Origin: Raja brachyura | Lineage: Eukaryota | DNA: 64,000 nucleotides | Reading direction: 5' to 3' | Assembly (NCBI GenBank): GCA_963514005.1 | Contig: OY740809.1 | Coordinates: 18,352,001-18,416,000 of the forward strand | In this document: positions 13,293 through 26,300 of the stretch, one piece after another | Layout of the letters: each line of letters starts with the position of its first letter | Position numbering within the stretch: position 1 is the first letter of the stretch | Program-made: the position numbers and the translations under genes | Notes under the pieces: model-generated | What the model was told of the DNA's origin: nothing | Seen by the model: the letters and a program-made list of their open reading frames with translations, nothing else | Database searches by the model: none

Positions 13293-13612
13293 CTGCACAG
13301 TGCATACTTGGTAGAGTTGCTGCCTCACAGCACCAGAGACCTGGGTGTGATCCTGACCTCGAATGCTGTCTGTGTGGAGTTTGCATGTTCTCCCTGTGAC
13401 TGCGCAGGTTTCCTTCAGGTGGTCCGGTTTCCTCTCACATCCTAAAGTCGTGCAGGTTTCTAGGTTCATGGACTCTGTAAATTGCCCCGAGTGTGTAAGG
13501 GGTAGATGTGGAAGTTGGGTAACAAAGAATCAGTGTGAACGAGTGATCGATAGTCAGCGTGGACTTGGTGGGCTGAAGGGCCTGTTTCCATGCTGCATTT
13601 TTCAATCAATCG
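13293..13612 (+). mobile_element. tRNA-derived SINE (HE1/V-SINE-like)
   Basis: ggtagagttgctgcctcacagcaccagagacc...gggctgaagggcctgtttcc. Confidence 0.85.
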
Positions 13613-13729
13613 AACCTAGACATAGTCCATAAGTCCATTGAAATAGAGAGCACAGCCTAAAGCAATGCATGTTGGTGAGTTCATTTACAACCATCCGGAA
13701 AGATACATCTCAAAATTAATATGTAAACA

Positions 13730-13950
13730 TTGTAGGTGCTAGTTTATACTGAAGATAGATACAAAGTGCTGGAGCAACTCAGCAGGTCTGGAAGCATGAC
13801 TGAAGAAAAGGAACAGGTGATGTTTTGGGTTGGAAAGATCCTTCAGACAAAGGGACCCAACCAGACAGAGTCTGAAGGAGGGTTCCAACCCAATACGTCA
13901 CCTATTCCTTTTCACCAGAGTGAGCCTGGCCAGCCGAGTTGCTCCAACAT
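13730..13950. mobile_element. Inverted Penelope-end pair
   Basis: ...cttcagac-spacer-gtctgaagg... with the family tail on both arms. Confidence 0.7.
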
Positions 13951-14106
13951 GTTATCTCGACCACAAAATCAAGTAGTACTTGTCAAAAAAGTTGAGAGTC
14001 GAACAGGCTGCAATGCTACCTAAGAATTACAGTTTCAGTCGGCAAGGATGATTTGCAACAGTAGATGTAATGCCTTCTTCTCTTCCATTTTATGTTGGCT
14101 GTCCAG

Positions 14107-14327
14107 GTGCCCCAGGATGAATGGGGCAGCGGGTATCCAGGAGTGAACAAGGACGGGGAGATTCCTTGCCGGCGTATGCGCAGTGGCAGCTACATCAAAG
14201 CAATGGGGGATGACGAAAGTGGAGACTCAGATGCCAGCCCAAAGATGTCACCAAAGGGAGCTGCACAGCACGAGAACTATCTGAAATCAATCGCTGCGGG
14301 AAGCGGGAGTGAGAGGGGCCGCTCAAA
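14107..14327 (+). CDS. DLGAP3: DLGAP3 coding exon (first in window), GK-binding repeat region
   Basis: Acceptor gtccag|GTG, donor AA|gtgaga. VPQDEWGSGYPGVNKDGEIPCRRMRSGSYIKAMGDDESGDSDASPK...; ends in phase 2. Confidence 0.93.
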
Positions 14328-17300
14328 GTGAGATCACACAGCCTGCTGTTGTGATAAACATGTCTGCATTGTCTTGTGCCACTTTGTTCATTTGAGTTTC
14401 ATCATATTCATTTCAGAGATCTATAACACATGCAGCTTAAACACTGACAAGCATCATGGAAGTTTTCTGTACCAGTATCCTAAAAGCGAACCTGGTGGAA
14501 AAGCAAATGGATGCCATTTATTACATCGATTAGCCCTGATAGGAAAGCCAGACTTAGCTGAACTGTCAGGGGAGCTCAATGGTGTGTTTCTATTGACCTC
14601 AGCATCTCGTTAGATTGCACAGAGAGGAATTGTCCCCAGGGTTTTCACTCCAGATTACCAACAGTAACCTTTGCAGAGAGTGTGGGTTTGGGTTTGCTGG
14701 CATGAACATAGATGTTTTCATATGTTTAAAGTTTAAAGGAGATGCCTGGGCAAGTTTTCTACACAAAGAGTGATGGGTGGATGGAACCAGGGGTGGGGGT
14801 GGTGGAGTCAGATGAGACGGTCCCTGGAGTTGATTAGCCGTACAGTGAAAACTGTAAATTAAGTCTCTGTGATATTGTAGTCATAATGATCTTCAAATTG
14901 TGCCATTTGCATTTTATTTCACGGCTTTATTAACATTCTTTATAGAAACACACAAGTGCAATCTTCCATAAATCTACGCAGTGGGATATCGATTGGTATA
15001 TAATTTTTTTTTTCTTCTTGTGTTTCTTTTCATTATATTCTTTTAACTAACATCAAGATATTCCTCTCTGAACTCATAATATCACGAACTTCAACATAAA
15101 ATAGCGTGTGATTGCGGAAATGTTATGATACACATCCACAGAACCTGACAGAATAGGTTGAAGCATGTTATTTTAAGGGCAGGGAAGTTAGTAAAGGCCT
15201 GGTGAGTCTTAATTACTAACTCTCTGTTATTGAAATTACCTTTTATGAACATGCTATCATTCCTTAAGATTTTAATCATGATTAGAGTTTAGGAATATTT
15301 AAAATATGATTTTCCATTGACTACCTTTAATTTAATCTGTCCCAATGCTATCTTCCTTGCCTGTCTTTATTTTGCTGCCTGTGATTTGAAATGACTTGTC
15401 TCTCTGACTCGGGTTTCATGATTCAATCTCTGCATCCCACAGTAAGGATCCTCTGACCTGCTTTATTAAAGAAGTACAGAACCTGTTTACTGATCGCCTG
15501 GATCCCTTCCACAGGATGTCACGTTAGTCTACATAGAACATAAAACAGTACAGCACAGGAACAGGCGCTTCGGCCCACAATGTCTGTGCCGAACATGATG
15601 CCAAGATAAACTAATTTCAGCTGTCAGCATTTGATCCATATCCCCCCCAGTTCCTGCACGTCCATGTGAACCATCTAAAAGTATCTTAAAAGTCACGACA
15701 AATCTACCTCTACCACACTCCTGTTAGCACGTTCCATGCACCCATCATTCTTTGTGCAAAAAGCAAACGTGTCCCCCACATCTCATTTAAACTTTGTCCT
15801 ACTCATCTTAAAGTTATGCTCTCTAGATTTTTTCATCATAAGATCATGCGAGAGGGGTAGAATTAAGCCATTCGGCCCATCAAGTCTACTCTGCCATTCA
15901 ATCATGGCTGATCTACCTCTCACTCTTTACTCCATTCTCCTGCCTTCTCCCCATAACCTCTGACACCCATGCTAATCAAGAATCTATCTATCTCCGCCTT
16001 AAATGTGCCTTAAAATAGCTTATGTGGCAAGGAATTCCACAGATTCAGCACCCTCTGACGAAAGAAATTCCTCTTCATCTCCTTCCTGAAAGAACGTCCT
16101 TTAATTCTGAGTATATGACCTCTACTGGACTCTCCCATGAGTGGAAACATCCTCTCCACATCCACTCTATTCAAGCCTTTCACTATTTTGTACGTTTCCA
16201 CCCTGGGAGAAAGTTTTTGACTGTCAACCCTATCTGCACCTCACACCATTTTATATACTTTTATCAGGTCTCCCCTCAATCTCTGACGTTCCAGAGTAAA
16301 CAATCCATGTTTGTTCAACTCCCTCTTGTGACTTATACCCTCTAATCTAGGCATCATTCTGGTAAACTTGTACGTTCTCCAAAGTTTCCACATTCTCCCT
16401 GTATGGGCTGACCAAAACTGCACGCAATAATCCAAATGCATCATGACTTCCTGGCTCTTATACTCTTGGCCCGATCAATGAAAGTAAGCATAACATATGT
16501 GTTCTTTACCTCTCTATCTACTTGTGTTGCCACTTTCAGTAGGCTATGGACTTGGACCATAAGACTCCTCTGTACATCAATGCTGTCTTACCATTAATTG
16601 TATACTTTCCCCTTATATTTGACTTCCTAAAGTGCAATATCTTACACTTGGTCATATTAAACTCCATCTGCCATTTCTCAGCCCATGTCTACAGCTGATC
16701 TATATCCTGCTGTATACTTTGACTTCCTCACTCCAGCAATCTCCATATCACTTGCAAACGTACCAACTAACCCATCTACATTTATGTCCTTTATGTCCTT
16801 GTCATTCTTTTCACAATGGGCCTACTGTGACCACGAATATACTGTGGGCAAATCTAAGTGCCATACTGTCCAATAAATCCATCAAGGATTAGTTTAGTTT
16901 GGCGCAGAAACAATCACTTGGGCCCACCGAGTCCGCACCATCAAGTGATCCCCGTACACTAACACTATCCTACACACACCAGGGACAATTTATAATTTTA
17001 CCAAAGCCAATTAACCTACAACCCTGTACATCGTTGGAGTGTGGGAGGAAACCAGAGAACCCGGTAAAAATCCACGCAGTTTACGGTGAGAATTTCCAAA
17101 CTCCGTATAGACAGCATCCGTGTCTGGATCGAACCTGGGTCTCTGATACATGGATGTATGGTGTTAATAGCTCCCCACTTCTGTTTACCTATTTTAACTA
17201 TTTAAGTTTAGTAAAATAAAACACTGCTGGAAGTTTAGTTCCATAAATCTCACGTGGTAATATTAGGAACTGTTGTTACTTAATGAGCCAGAAACAGAGC

Positions 17301-20300
17301 AGTTGTGACATCCTGCACATTTTTTGATAATGTAGTACACTTAAGCCTACTTCTAGAAGTTGGGACTGTCTCTCCAAAATCTATCTGTTCTCCTCATTTT
17401 GGGTACTAATGTCTGATTACCATACTGTCCACTGGAAAGATCCATGGTATTTTAGCTTATATTCCATGCTCCAGTACTTTTTGTGTTTGCTTATATATTC
17501 TATGAGCTGCCTCCTGCATTTTTGAACACCCCGCTGTCAGAATCTTGCTCCAGCATTCACTGTCAGTTTTCAGTTCAATCTATTTGTCTTTAACTGGTTC
17601 GATCTGCAATGGTGTGCGGTTGTGTGCCGCCACCTAGAGGCATCAGTTGAAAGTGCAGAGACCGGGGATTTCAGTCTTGGTTAAATTGCCAGGAAGTGAT
17701 TTTTAATTCCAATACTTTACCATTTAGAATCATACATCCATTTTCTAATTTCAATTTTTGCTCTTTGCACACAATTTGATATGAAACAGCGAGCATATCT
17801 GTAGCTAACTCTGGTGAAAATAAGCAACACTGATCTGTTTGGACAGAATCCAACCCCGGCATTTTACAAGACATTTCAGTATTGTAAGTGTACTTAAGGG
17901 TGGCAGTAATAACATAGCAATCATCTGCAAAGGTTATTTTAGGAAGCATACAGATGAAATTGGCCCATTCAACTGACATTTTACTTGACACTTTCTCCAC
18001 AGGCTGAGGCTGCTGTAACATGCTTGAGAAGGCCTGTTTCATCGTTCCTTTCCATACCCAGTGCAGAAGAAAAAATATTCCTCATTTATATCTCCTCTTT
18101 CAAGTCTCGGAAGGTGTCAAAGCCCTTTACAGTGGTCATCAATGTAATGTTGGGGAGTGGGGGAGCTAATTGTGCGATACAGTGGCACAGCTGGTAGAGT
18201 TCCTGCCTCGCAACGCCAGAGAGCTGGGTTCGATCCCGACCTCGGGTGCCGTCTGTGTGCAATTTGCACCTTCTGCCCGTGACCGTGTGGATTTCCTCTG
18301 GGGGCTCCGGTTTCCTCCCAAAGATATGTGGGGGGGATGGTTAATTGCCCCTAGTGTAAAGGTGGGATAAAATAGAACTAGTGTGAACGGGTGATCGATG
18401 GTTGACATGGACTCAGTGGGCCGAGGGGCCTGTTTACCTGAAGATAAACACAAAATGCTGCGTTACTCAGCGGGTCAGGCAGCATCTCTGGAGAAAAGGT
18501 GACATTTCGGGTCAAGACCCTTCTTCAGGCCTGTTGCCCTAGAGTCTCTCTAAACTAAACTAAATAAACAAATTGGATGCAGGAAGTTATTTGTAAACAC
18601 CAATGTGATAGAGCAGGGAATCTGCTATTTTAGTTATGCTCGTTTGGGGATAAATAATGGCCAGGACACTGAGGATAACTCCTCTGCTCTTCTATTACAT
18701 AGCTCTTGTAATGTTTTACATCTGTCAAAAAGCTGATGGAACTTCATTTAATAATTTAGTTGATAGATAACACTCCCGGGTTAGCAACAAGCCCTCGACG
18801 CTGCCCGGAGGTGTTAGCCTGATTTATCTTCTCAGACCTCTGGTGCCTTTCTGACTCAGCAGCAAGATCTATCCAATTCTGATTTATATTTATGTTTCTG
18901 TTATATAACACTTGCCTCCCATGGCAGTTTGGCAAATAAGCATTGTTAACATCCACTGAATTTGCTGGAATGGAAAAGAGATGCTCACACAAAAGTTGGA
19001 CAAAACTTCTGACAATACTGCGCTTCCAATATGATCATCATTAATTTGCATTCCAATAAACCATGTCTAGGACCCTCTTCGAAGCATTGTTACGGGATAA
19101 GAGTCAGGTTGGGTTCTGAGTTATGGAGTTGGTTGTCATAGAGAAGGATGGCTAATTTGCATTTCAATAGACGAGAGACAGCCAATAATCGCAGTGCACT
19201 ATGCTCTATACCTCCATGCCTGAAGAGTGGAATTTGCTGCTCCATCTGATTTCTAATTCTACCTCTGGACTAACCAATCAGTCCAAGAACATTCCAAATG
19301 CCATTCAGCTAAGAATATCAAAGCCTCACTAATTCATTTGAAGGATTGGAGACAGAAGGCTCGGAGAATGGTGATATATTTAGAACGTTAAGACTGGGGG
19401 TGACATGAACAGGACATTTCAGGCAGAGGCAGCCTCCTATTCACTCGTGGATCAAATACCTGGGCATGGGTCATTACCACAGCTAAATGTGTCTGCTTTG
19501 ACCATGTTAGAAGCCCGAATAACAAATGTGTTGCACAGTAATTTCTATCTGCCTCCATTTGGTGACAATGTTTTGGCCAGCCACAGAGAAAGTTGAATAG
19601 GTTCAGGATCAGTCAAACTGAATGCCTGTGCAACTACATTGATTTTTTTTTGCATGTAATGAGTCGTACAGCGCAGAAACAACCCTTCGGCCCACCATGT
19701 CCATGCTGACTATTGCAGCCATTCATACCAATCCCATTTTCCTGCGCAACATTTATATCCTTGTCTGTCTTAGTGATTCAAATGCTTGTCTAAATGTTTC
19801 TTAAATGTTATGAAACTATCTATCTCCACCGCCACCTGAGGCAGCGCATTCTAGATTCCAACCACTCTCATTGTGAAAAATATGTCCCCTCAGATCCCTT
19901 CTAAACCTCTCACCTTCACTCTATGCACTCTTCTGGGAAAGTTACCCAACTTTGCTGCGAGATGCAGCTGTAGTTTGTTTCCTCGGCGTTCCACTCACGC
20001 TGCTCACTGAGTAAATCTTTGGATCACCGACCATGTTCTCTGAGTTATACGCCCCACTCCCACACACTGGCTGATAAAGTGTTGCCGACCAGTTATACTT
20101 CTCCCCGAAAGACCATATGTTATCAGTGAGGAATAACAAACAGCTGTGGAGTATTTATCCCCACATCAGAAAGTAACGCCAGCGAGTACTCTGAGCCATT
20201 CACAAACCGTCAGTCAGCATTAAGTCAGAACAGTACAGCACAGGAACAGACCCTCAGGTCCACAATGTCTATGCTGAACATGATGCCAAGATAATCTAAT

Positions 20301-23300
20301 CCCATCTGCCTGCAGGTTATACATATCTCCATTCCCTGCATATCCATGTGCCTATCTAAAAGCCTCTTAAGCGCCTGCTAAACGTAACAAGATTGAATTT
20401 CAGAAATAGAGTACAATGTATTCTTCTACTATATTGCATTGATAGTGCAAGCAACTGGGGAAGAACTGTGTATTCCACTGCCATTTGACTGTGACGTTAA
20501 ACCTACATACTATGTCTAGAGGAGCAGGAGACATTTCCCGGTACCCTTGCAAATAATGGTCCCCGAAAGCAACACCACCAGAACAAATTAACAGCAGATT
20601 TACCTCATTGGAGTTTATGTGCATTTTTGTTGCGATACTTGCCTTTGAAATGATAGTGACACTATTACCGAAGCAGTTTATTGGCTGTAAAGTGCTTTGA
20701 CATATTCGGCTGATATGAAAGGCACTATATAAATGTAAACTTTTACTGTTCCAAATTAATAACCTAGACAAATTAAAATGTTAGAAACAATTAACCACAA
20801 CCGTAACATAAAATATTGTAATTCATTTCTAACCAGAAAAAATTATGTGACATTGACTTTTGCCATTTGAACAAGAGTTGCATGATAATGAATCAATAGT
20901 CTCTTCTTACACTGTGCCTGATTCCCATTTTCTGTCGACATGCTGCAGATTTGCCATCAACCAATTTCTTCCCCAGTGCTGTTGCAATAAGTAATCTTTT
21001 GTCGTTAATGTTTTTCTGTCTGCCCATATAGGTTCAGCTGCAAACACTGTTCCGATCCGTACATATGTAGCCATTCCCATCTGCGAGGACAAACAGCAAT
21101 GAACTACAGCCTGGATAACCTGCACCGGTCTAGTATCCGCACTCCCTCCAAACATCAAGCCAGGAGTCAGGGCTACAGTCGAATGCTCAACGCCAACAAT
21201 CAGGTAAGATCAGGTATGACATTTTGCTTTTGACCATACCCCAGGCTGATGAGATCCACGTCAATGGAGTTAACCTTGGGATAAATCCAGTCTGCAGTGG
21301 CCCTTCGAATGATAACCAACATAAAGGATAATGGAGATCCTGTTTAAACTGTTTGAAATACAAGCTGCCAAAGGAGACTCAATGAAACCTCTTGTATTAT
21401 TTTATTAACGTTACATCTTTTCACCCCCAGGATCCAATGGAGCATCCTTTAAAAACAGACAGTCCACTCCCTTCTGATTGAAATTCAGCTATGGCTGTTT
21501 TCCAGGCATTTTGGGCATGTTGTCAGTCTGGTAATCATTGAATATAATACTGTGTCAATACTAAGCAGTCAGGGCAAAAACGGCTCTGCAGACTGAGGAT
21601 TGACACTGCGGACAGTAAAAATGCATTGCTTAGTACAGTAAATGATTCATCTGTTGGCAGCCAAGTGTTGTAGCTTACATTTATTTACCTGCCGCAAAGC
21701 ATGAAAGTCTAAATGGAAGATGGGATTACATAGTCAACGCCAACAGCATATGTGTAGTATCAACATGCAAACTGATCGAGTCTTAGTTCTGTGAGAGTCA
21801 GTGAGAGAACCATTGTGAGGCACCAAACAATGATCCTTAGCCTTCAGTGAACGTCCTGCTATGGATGCACCCACTATTTACTGGTCCAGTGGAGGTGACC
21901 TCTGTGAAGTTTTAGAGGAGCAGGGGTCAGTCTTCACAGGAGGGAGCCCTCTTTTACATTGAAAAAACAGACACAAAATGCTGGACTAACTCAGTGGGTC
22001 AGGCAGCATCTCTGTCGAACATGGATAGGTGATGTTTCGGGTCGGGATCTTCTTCAGGCTGATTGTAGTGCCGGGGGAGAAAGCTGGACAAAGCCTAGCG
22101 AGTGATAGGTGGATACAGGTGGGGGAGAGGAGGGGTGAGGGGGTTTACTGACAGGTGGTTGGACAAAGGCCAGCGATGAAAAACCATAAAATGTGGGATA
22201 AATAAAGATAAGGTGCGAATGGTGAAGCCAGAGGGAATATAGGGGGAAAGAGAAATGGGAAAAGGGAGGTGGGGAAGGGGAGACGGGGTATGTAGCCACA
22301 TGGGGAACGTGGAAGAGAGAAGGGGGAAAAAGGGGTCGGAGATGGAGGGAGAGGGGTTGTTCACAAGTTAGTTACCTAAAATTGGAGAATCGATATTTAT
22401 GCCGTTAACTTGTAAAATACTTAAATGGAATAGGAGGTGCAGTTCCTCCCGTTGTGCTTTAATCTGCATTATGTAGTGCACTGTGACAAATTCAATTATT
22501 ATTTTCTTAATTCCAGCATTTAGAGTAACATATACATTTTTCACGGCAGCAGGACTTGATCCTTAATTTATAAAAATCCTTCACCCTATTCTTTTAAGGA
22601 ATGGATCGCAGGTCAGTAATACAAGGGGAGGACATGGTGCATCCCCAACTGGGCTGCTGTCTCCTCCCAGTGTATATTGTTCTCTGTTTCAGATGCAAGA
22701 TTGCTGGAGTGGTTGTAATTAATGACACCTTTTACTTTCGGAACAGCAAACAGCTGGGAATATTGGGCCCATTTTTCAGCTGGTTATGAGCATGACCGTT
22801 GAATTTGATCTGTGGACAAGAAAGAATAATTATTTTCTCACTAGCGCAGCAGTGGATGCATTTGTGCTGAGCCCACTAATAATTCCTGTTGAGGGATGAA
22901 CAAAGCAGCAACATGCTTTCATTTCCTCGGCGAATCTACCATCCGGGTGTAGCTTTTTGATACAGGTCAGCTTTACGAGGTTCAGGAATATAACGGGTGA
23001 AAGACGATATATCTAATTATAAGTATTAAGTATATACTTTGAATATATACCAGACTGATTCCTGGGATGTCAGGACTGTCTTATGAGCAAAGACTGCATA
23101 GACTCGGTTTATACTCTCTAGAATTTAGGAGATTGAGAGGGGATCTTATAGAAACTTTAAAAATTCTTAAGGGGTTGGACAGGCTAGATGCTGGAAGATT
23201 GTTCCCGATGTTGGGGAGGTCCAGGACAAGGGGTCACAGCTTAAGGATAAGGGGGAAATCCTTTAGGACCGAGATGAGAAGGACTTTTTTCACACAGAGA

Positions 23301-26300
23301 GTGGTGGGTCTCTGGAACTCTCTGCCACAGAGGGTAGTTGAGGCCAGTTAGTTGGCTATATTTAAGAGGGAGTTAGATGTGGCCCTTGGGGCTAAGGGGA
23401 TCAGAGGGTATGGAGAGAAGGCAGGTACGGGATACAGAGTTGGATGATCAGCCATGATCATATTGAATGGCGGTGCAGGCTCGAAGGGCCGAATGGCCTA
23501 CTCCTGCACCTAATTTCTATGTTTCTATGAATGTTTCTTTTGGTCTGCATGGACAGCCACACCAGGTGAATCCAGACTAAAGCTTAAAAGCCTTTGTTGC
23601 AAAAGTATCCCTAATTAAGGGTTCTTTGAAAGTTCCAGGAACTATTTATATTTCAACCATCCATCAAGTAAAGTACATTGGAAGAATTTTGCAGCCACAG
23701 CTTAAGGACCTCAGCACAACCTGGAAATAATTAGTCTAACTATTTTAGCAATCAGGGCAACTCAATTAATTCCCCAGTTTTGTACGATTCTCAATCAACA
23801 TCCATGGCTCACAGCAGTGCAGCAGCCAGCTGTTGCAGAGGAGTTTAAAAATAAATGTAAATCAGGAAGACTTACTCAAATCAACAACTCAACCCAGTCA
23901 GGAAGACCAAACAACCCAATAGACGGATTTTCATCATGGAAGAAAATCACTTCTGAGTGCCTTTTGTCCACGTCTCAAAACTTCCACAGTATAAACCGGC
24001 CATTGTGTTTCTTGTAAACATTTGATAAACTCTCTAATGAGGGATTGACTGTTGTCTTCGACTCAAAATGGGCCAGGATTTGGCATTATAATTATTGAGA
24101 TGACCCAGATTTTAGAGATGAGATGTCTGTGTGTAATCTGCTGTCCCACTAAGTGCCCTCAAAATGTATTCACAAACTATGACTGGGAATTTTAACCTAC
24201 AGCACAGTATTGGTGGTGAGAATTGGAGGTGGGTATGGAATAAAAAACGTTAAATACGTATTACAAAGGTAAGTGCCTGGGTGAAGAAGAGCAATTTGCA
24301 GCTTTGATGCATCAATTATTTAGTAGCAGCATTGTTAAAAGTGCAGCAAGATAAATCTAACATGAAACAAATTTTACCTCCTTTAATAGGTAATGTGTTT
24401 ACTTCATAATAGATGGACGACGCTGATTTGAACAGGCAGTTCGAAGTGGTGTGTGAGTCAGTCTTTGGTGAAATGGAATCCCAGGCGGTGGAGGCTCTGG
24501 ACCTGCCTGGCTGCTTTCGCATGCGAAGCCACAGCTACCTACGTGCCATTCAAGCTGGTTGCTCACAGGACGATGACTGCTTGTCTGTATTTTCCATGTC
24601 AGCACCCATGATGCCTACTACAACTGTCAGTGCTATGAAACCCAGTACATGTAAGTACAGACATTGAGCATGATGGTCCAAACCAACCTTTGTTAATTGA
24701 AGTGACTCCAGCCCATCCAATTCTACAGATCAATCCTTCAGACACATTTGGAGCTATTCATACTGGAAAGTGATATAGTGGCTATGAAAGTGGAGTTTGA
24801 CTTATACATTTCAATATTTATATGCAGTTTAAATAAGGTGCACAAGTTTCTTAAATAGTTCGTCAACCTATGGGAGAACAAATTTTTAAAAAAGGGTTCC
24901 AGATGTAAATGTAGGAATAATGTAGATATTGCCTGACAGAATTTATAGCTTTCCTATCGCTTAAAAAAAAAAATGAAGTGGTACTTTCTCTATCAAACCT
25001 TATTTTCAGCCAGTTCTATGCTTTGGATCTGCTGTATGGCACAGATCAACAACATTGCACTATCACTTCCCTGTAGCATTGACGGCAATGGAAGAAGATT
25101 ACCACTGTTCTAAGCGCCTGCATCACTACCTTTTATTCGGTCTCCACCAGTGTTTAGTTTAGTGATCAAAATATTTTCCACAACCTCATTCTTCTCAAAA
25201 GCAGTTCACTGCAATAACATATCCCCTTTGGTAAATGAGTTCCAACATTAGAACAACAAGATGTTTAATATGCCTTACTTTACACTTTATTCTGAATTCA
25301 GTCAAGCAGTCAAAAGTTGAGAAAGATTATATTCAACTAATGCACTTCAGTCATTATACTGAGGAACCCAGTGGTTTATTGTAGTTTATCAAATCCTGAA
25401 AGACAAAGGCAGGAGTTGGTAAGGTTATGAGAAGGATAGGTTGGATCAGACCTAAGTGCAAAGATCCATCTATTCAGTAGCCTGTCACAAGTCATGATAA
25501 ATCCCTCATGGCTTTGCTGCCTTAACCTTGCATCTGGTCAAAATTTAACCTGGTCAAACTACAGGTCAAACTACAGATGAACTTTGGCAGACTCAATTCA
25601 TTTGCTTCACGTCATAACTCCTTCGTAAAACGATTGGAACTCAGCTGGTAATGATCTGTGGAGAGTTTACAAGGCCAACATTTTACACTACTGCGGTAAG
25701 CAGTGCTTTTTAAAGATGTTGCCCAAGCAGGTTATAGAGGATCTGCCCCATTTACCCTGGAAGTGGATTATCTATAGATTGGATGCCTGAAATAAGTCCT
25801 GTTTTGAACAAACGTAAGCAGGAAAAAATCATTTTTGAGGCAAGATTTTTTTTTGATGAACCGTTGACTGCACTTGATAAATTTCTAAAAAGAAATTATT
25901 GAGATTATCAGTGCTCTAAGACTTCAAAAATATTTGCCTTGAAAGTCCCTTTCATCCCTAATCGCCTGTTTTGTATGGAATGGAATGTAACTGCTCAGTC
26001 TTAGGGGTGAATCTGGTTCTTCCTGATATCTGAAAGACATTTCACACTTTGAATCATACTTATGGAGAAGTTTGTCTGTCAGATTTGCACTAAACCATGG
26101 CAATCTCTGTACAATATTCATATAAAATGTCCAAGATAAATCCGGCAGTATTCTTCCAAAGCACATCGATTGCTGGACACACACAAACCAACTAGGTTTT
26201 AACAGTGAAGATACATACAAGATAGACACAGCGGGCCAGGCAACATCTCTGGAGAAAAGGATACGTGATGTTTCATACCGAGACCCCGCTTCAGTTTTAA

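Noticed and set aside
14305-14315. Alternative donor GGGA|gtgag in the first exon
   Set aside because: Gives phase 1, incompatible with the phase-2 start of the next exon.
24381-24412. Upstream acceptor (taatag at ~24389) for exon 3
   Set aside because: Adds 23 nt and shifts the frame.
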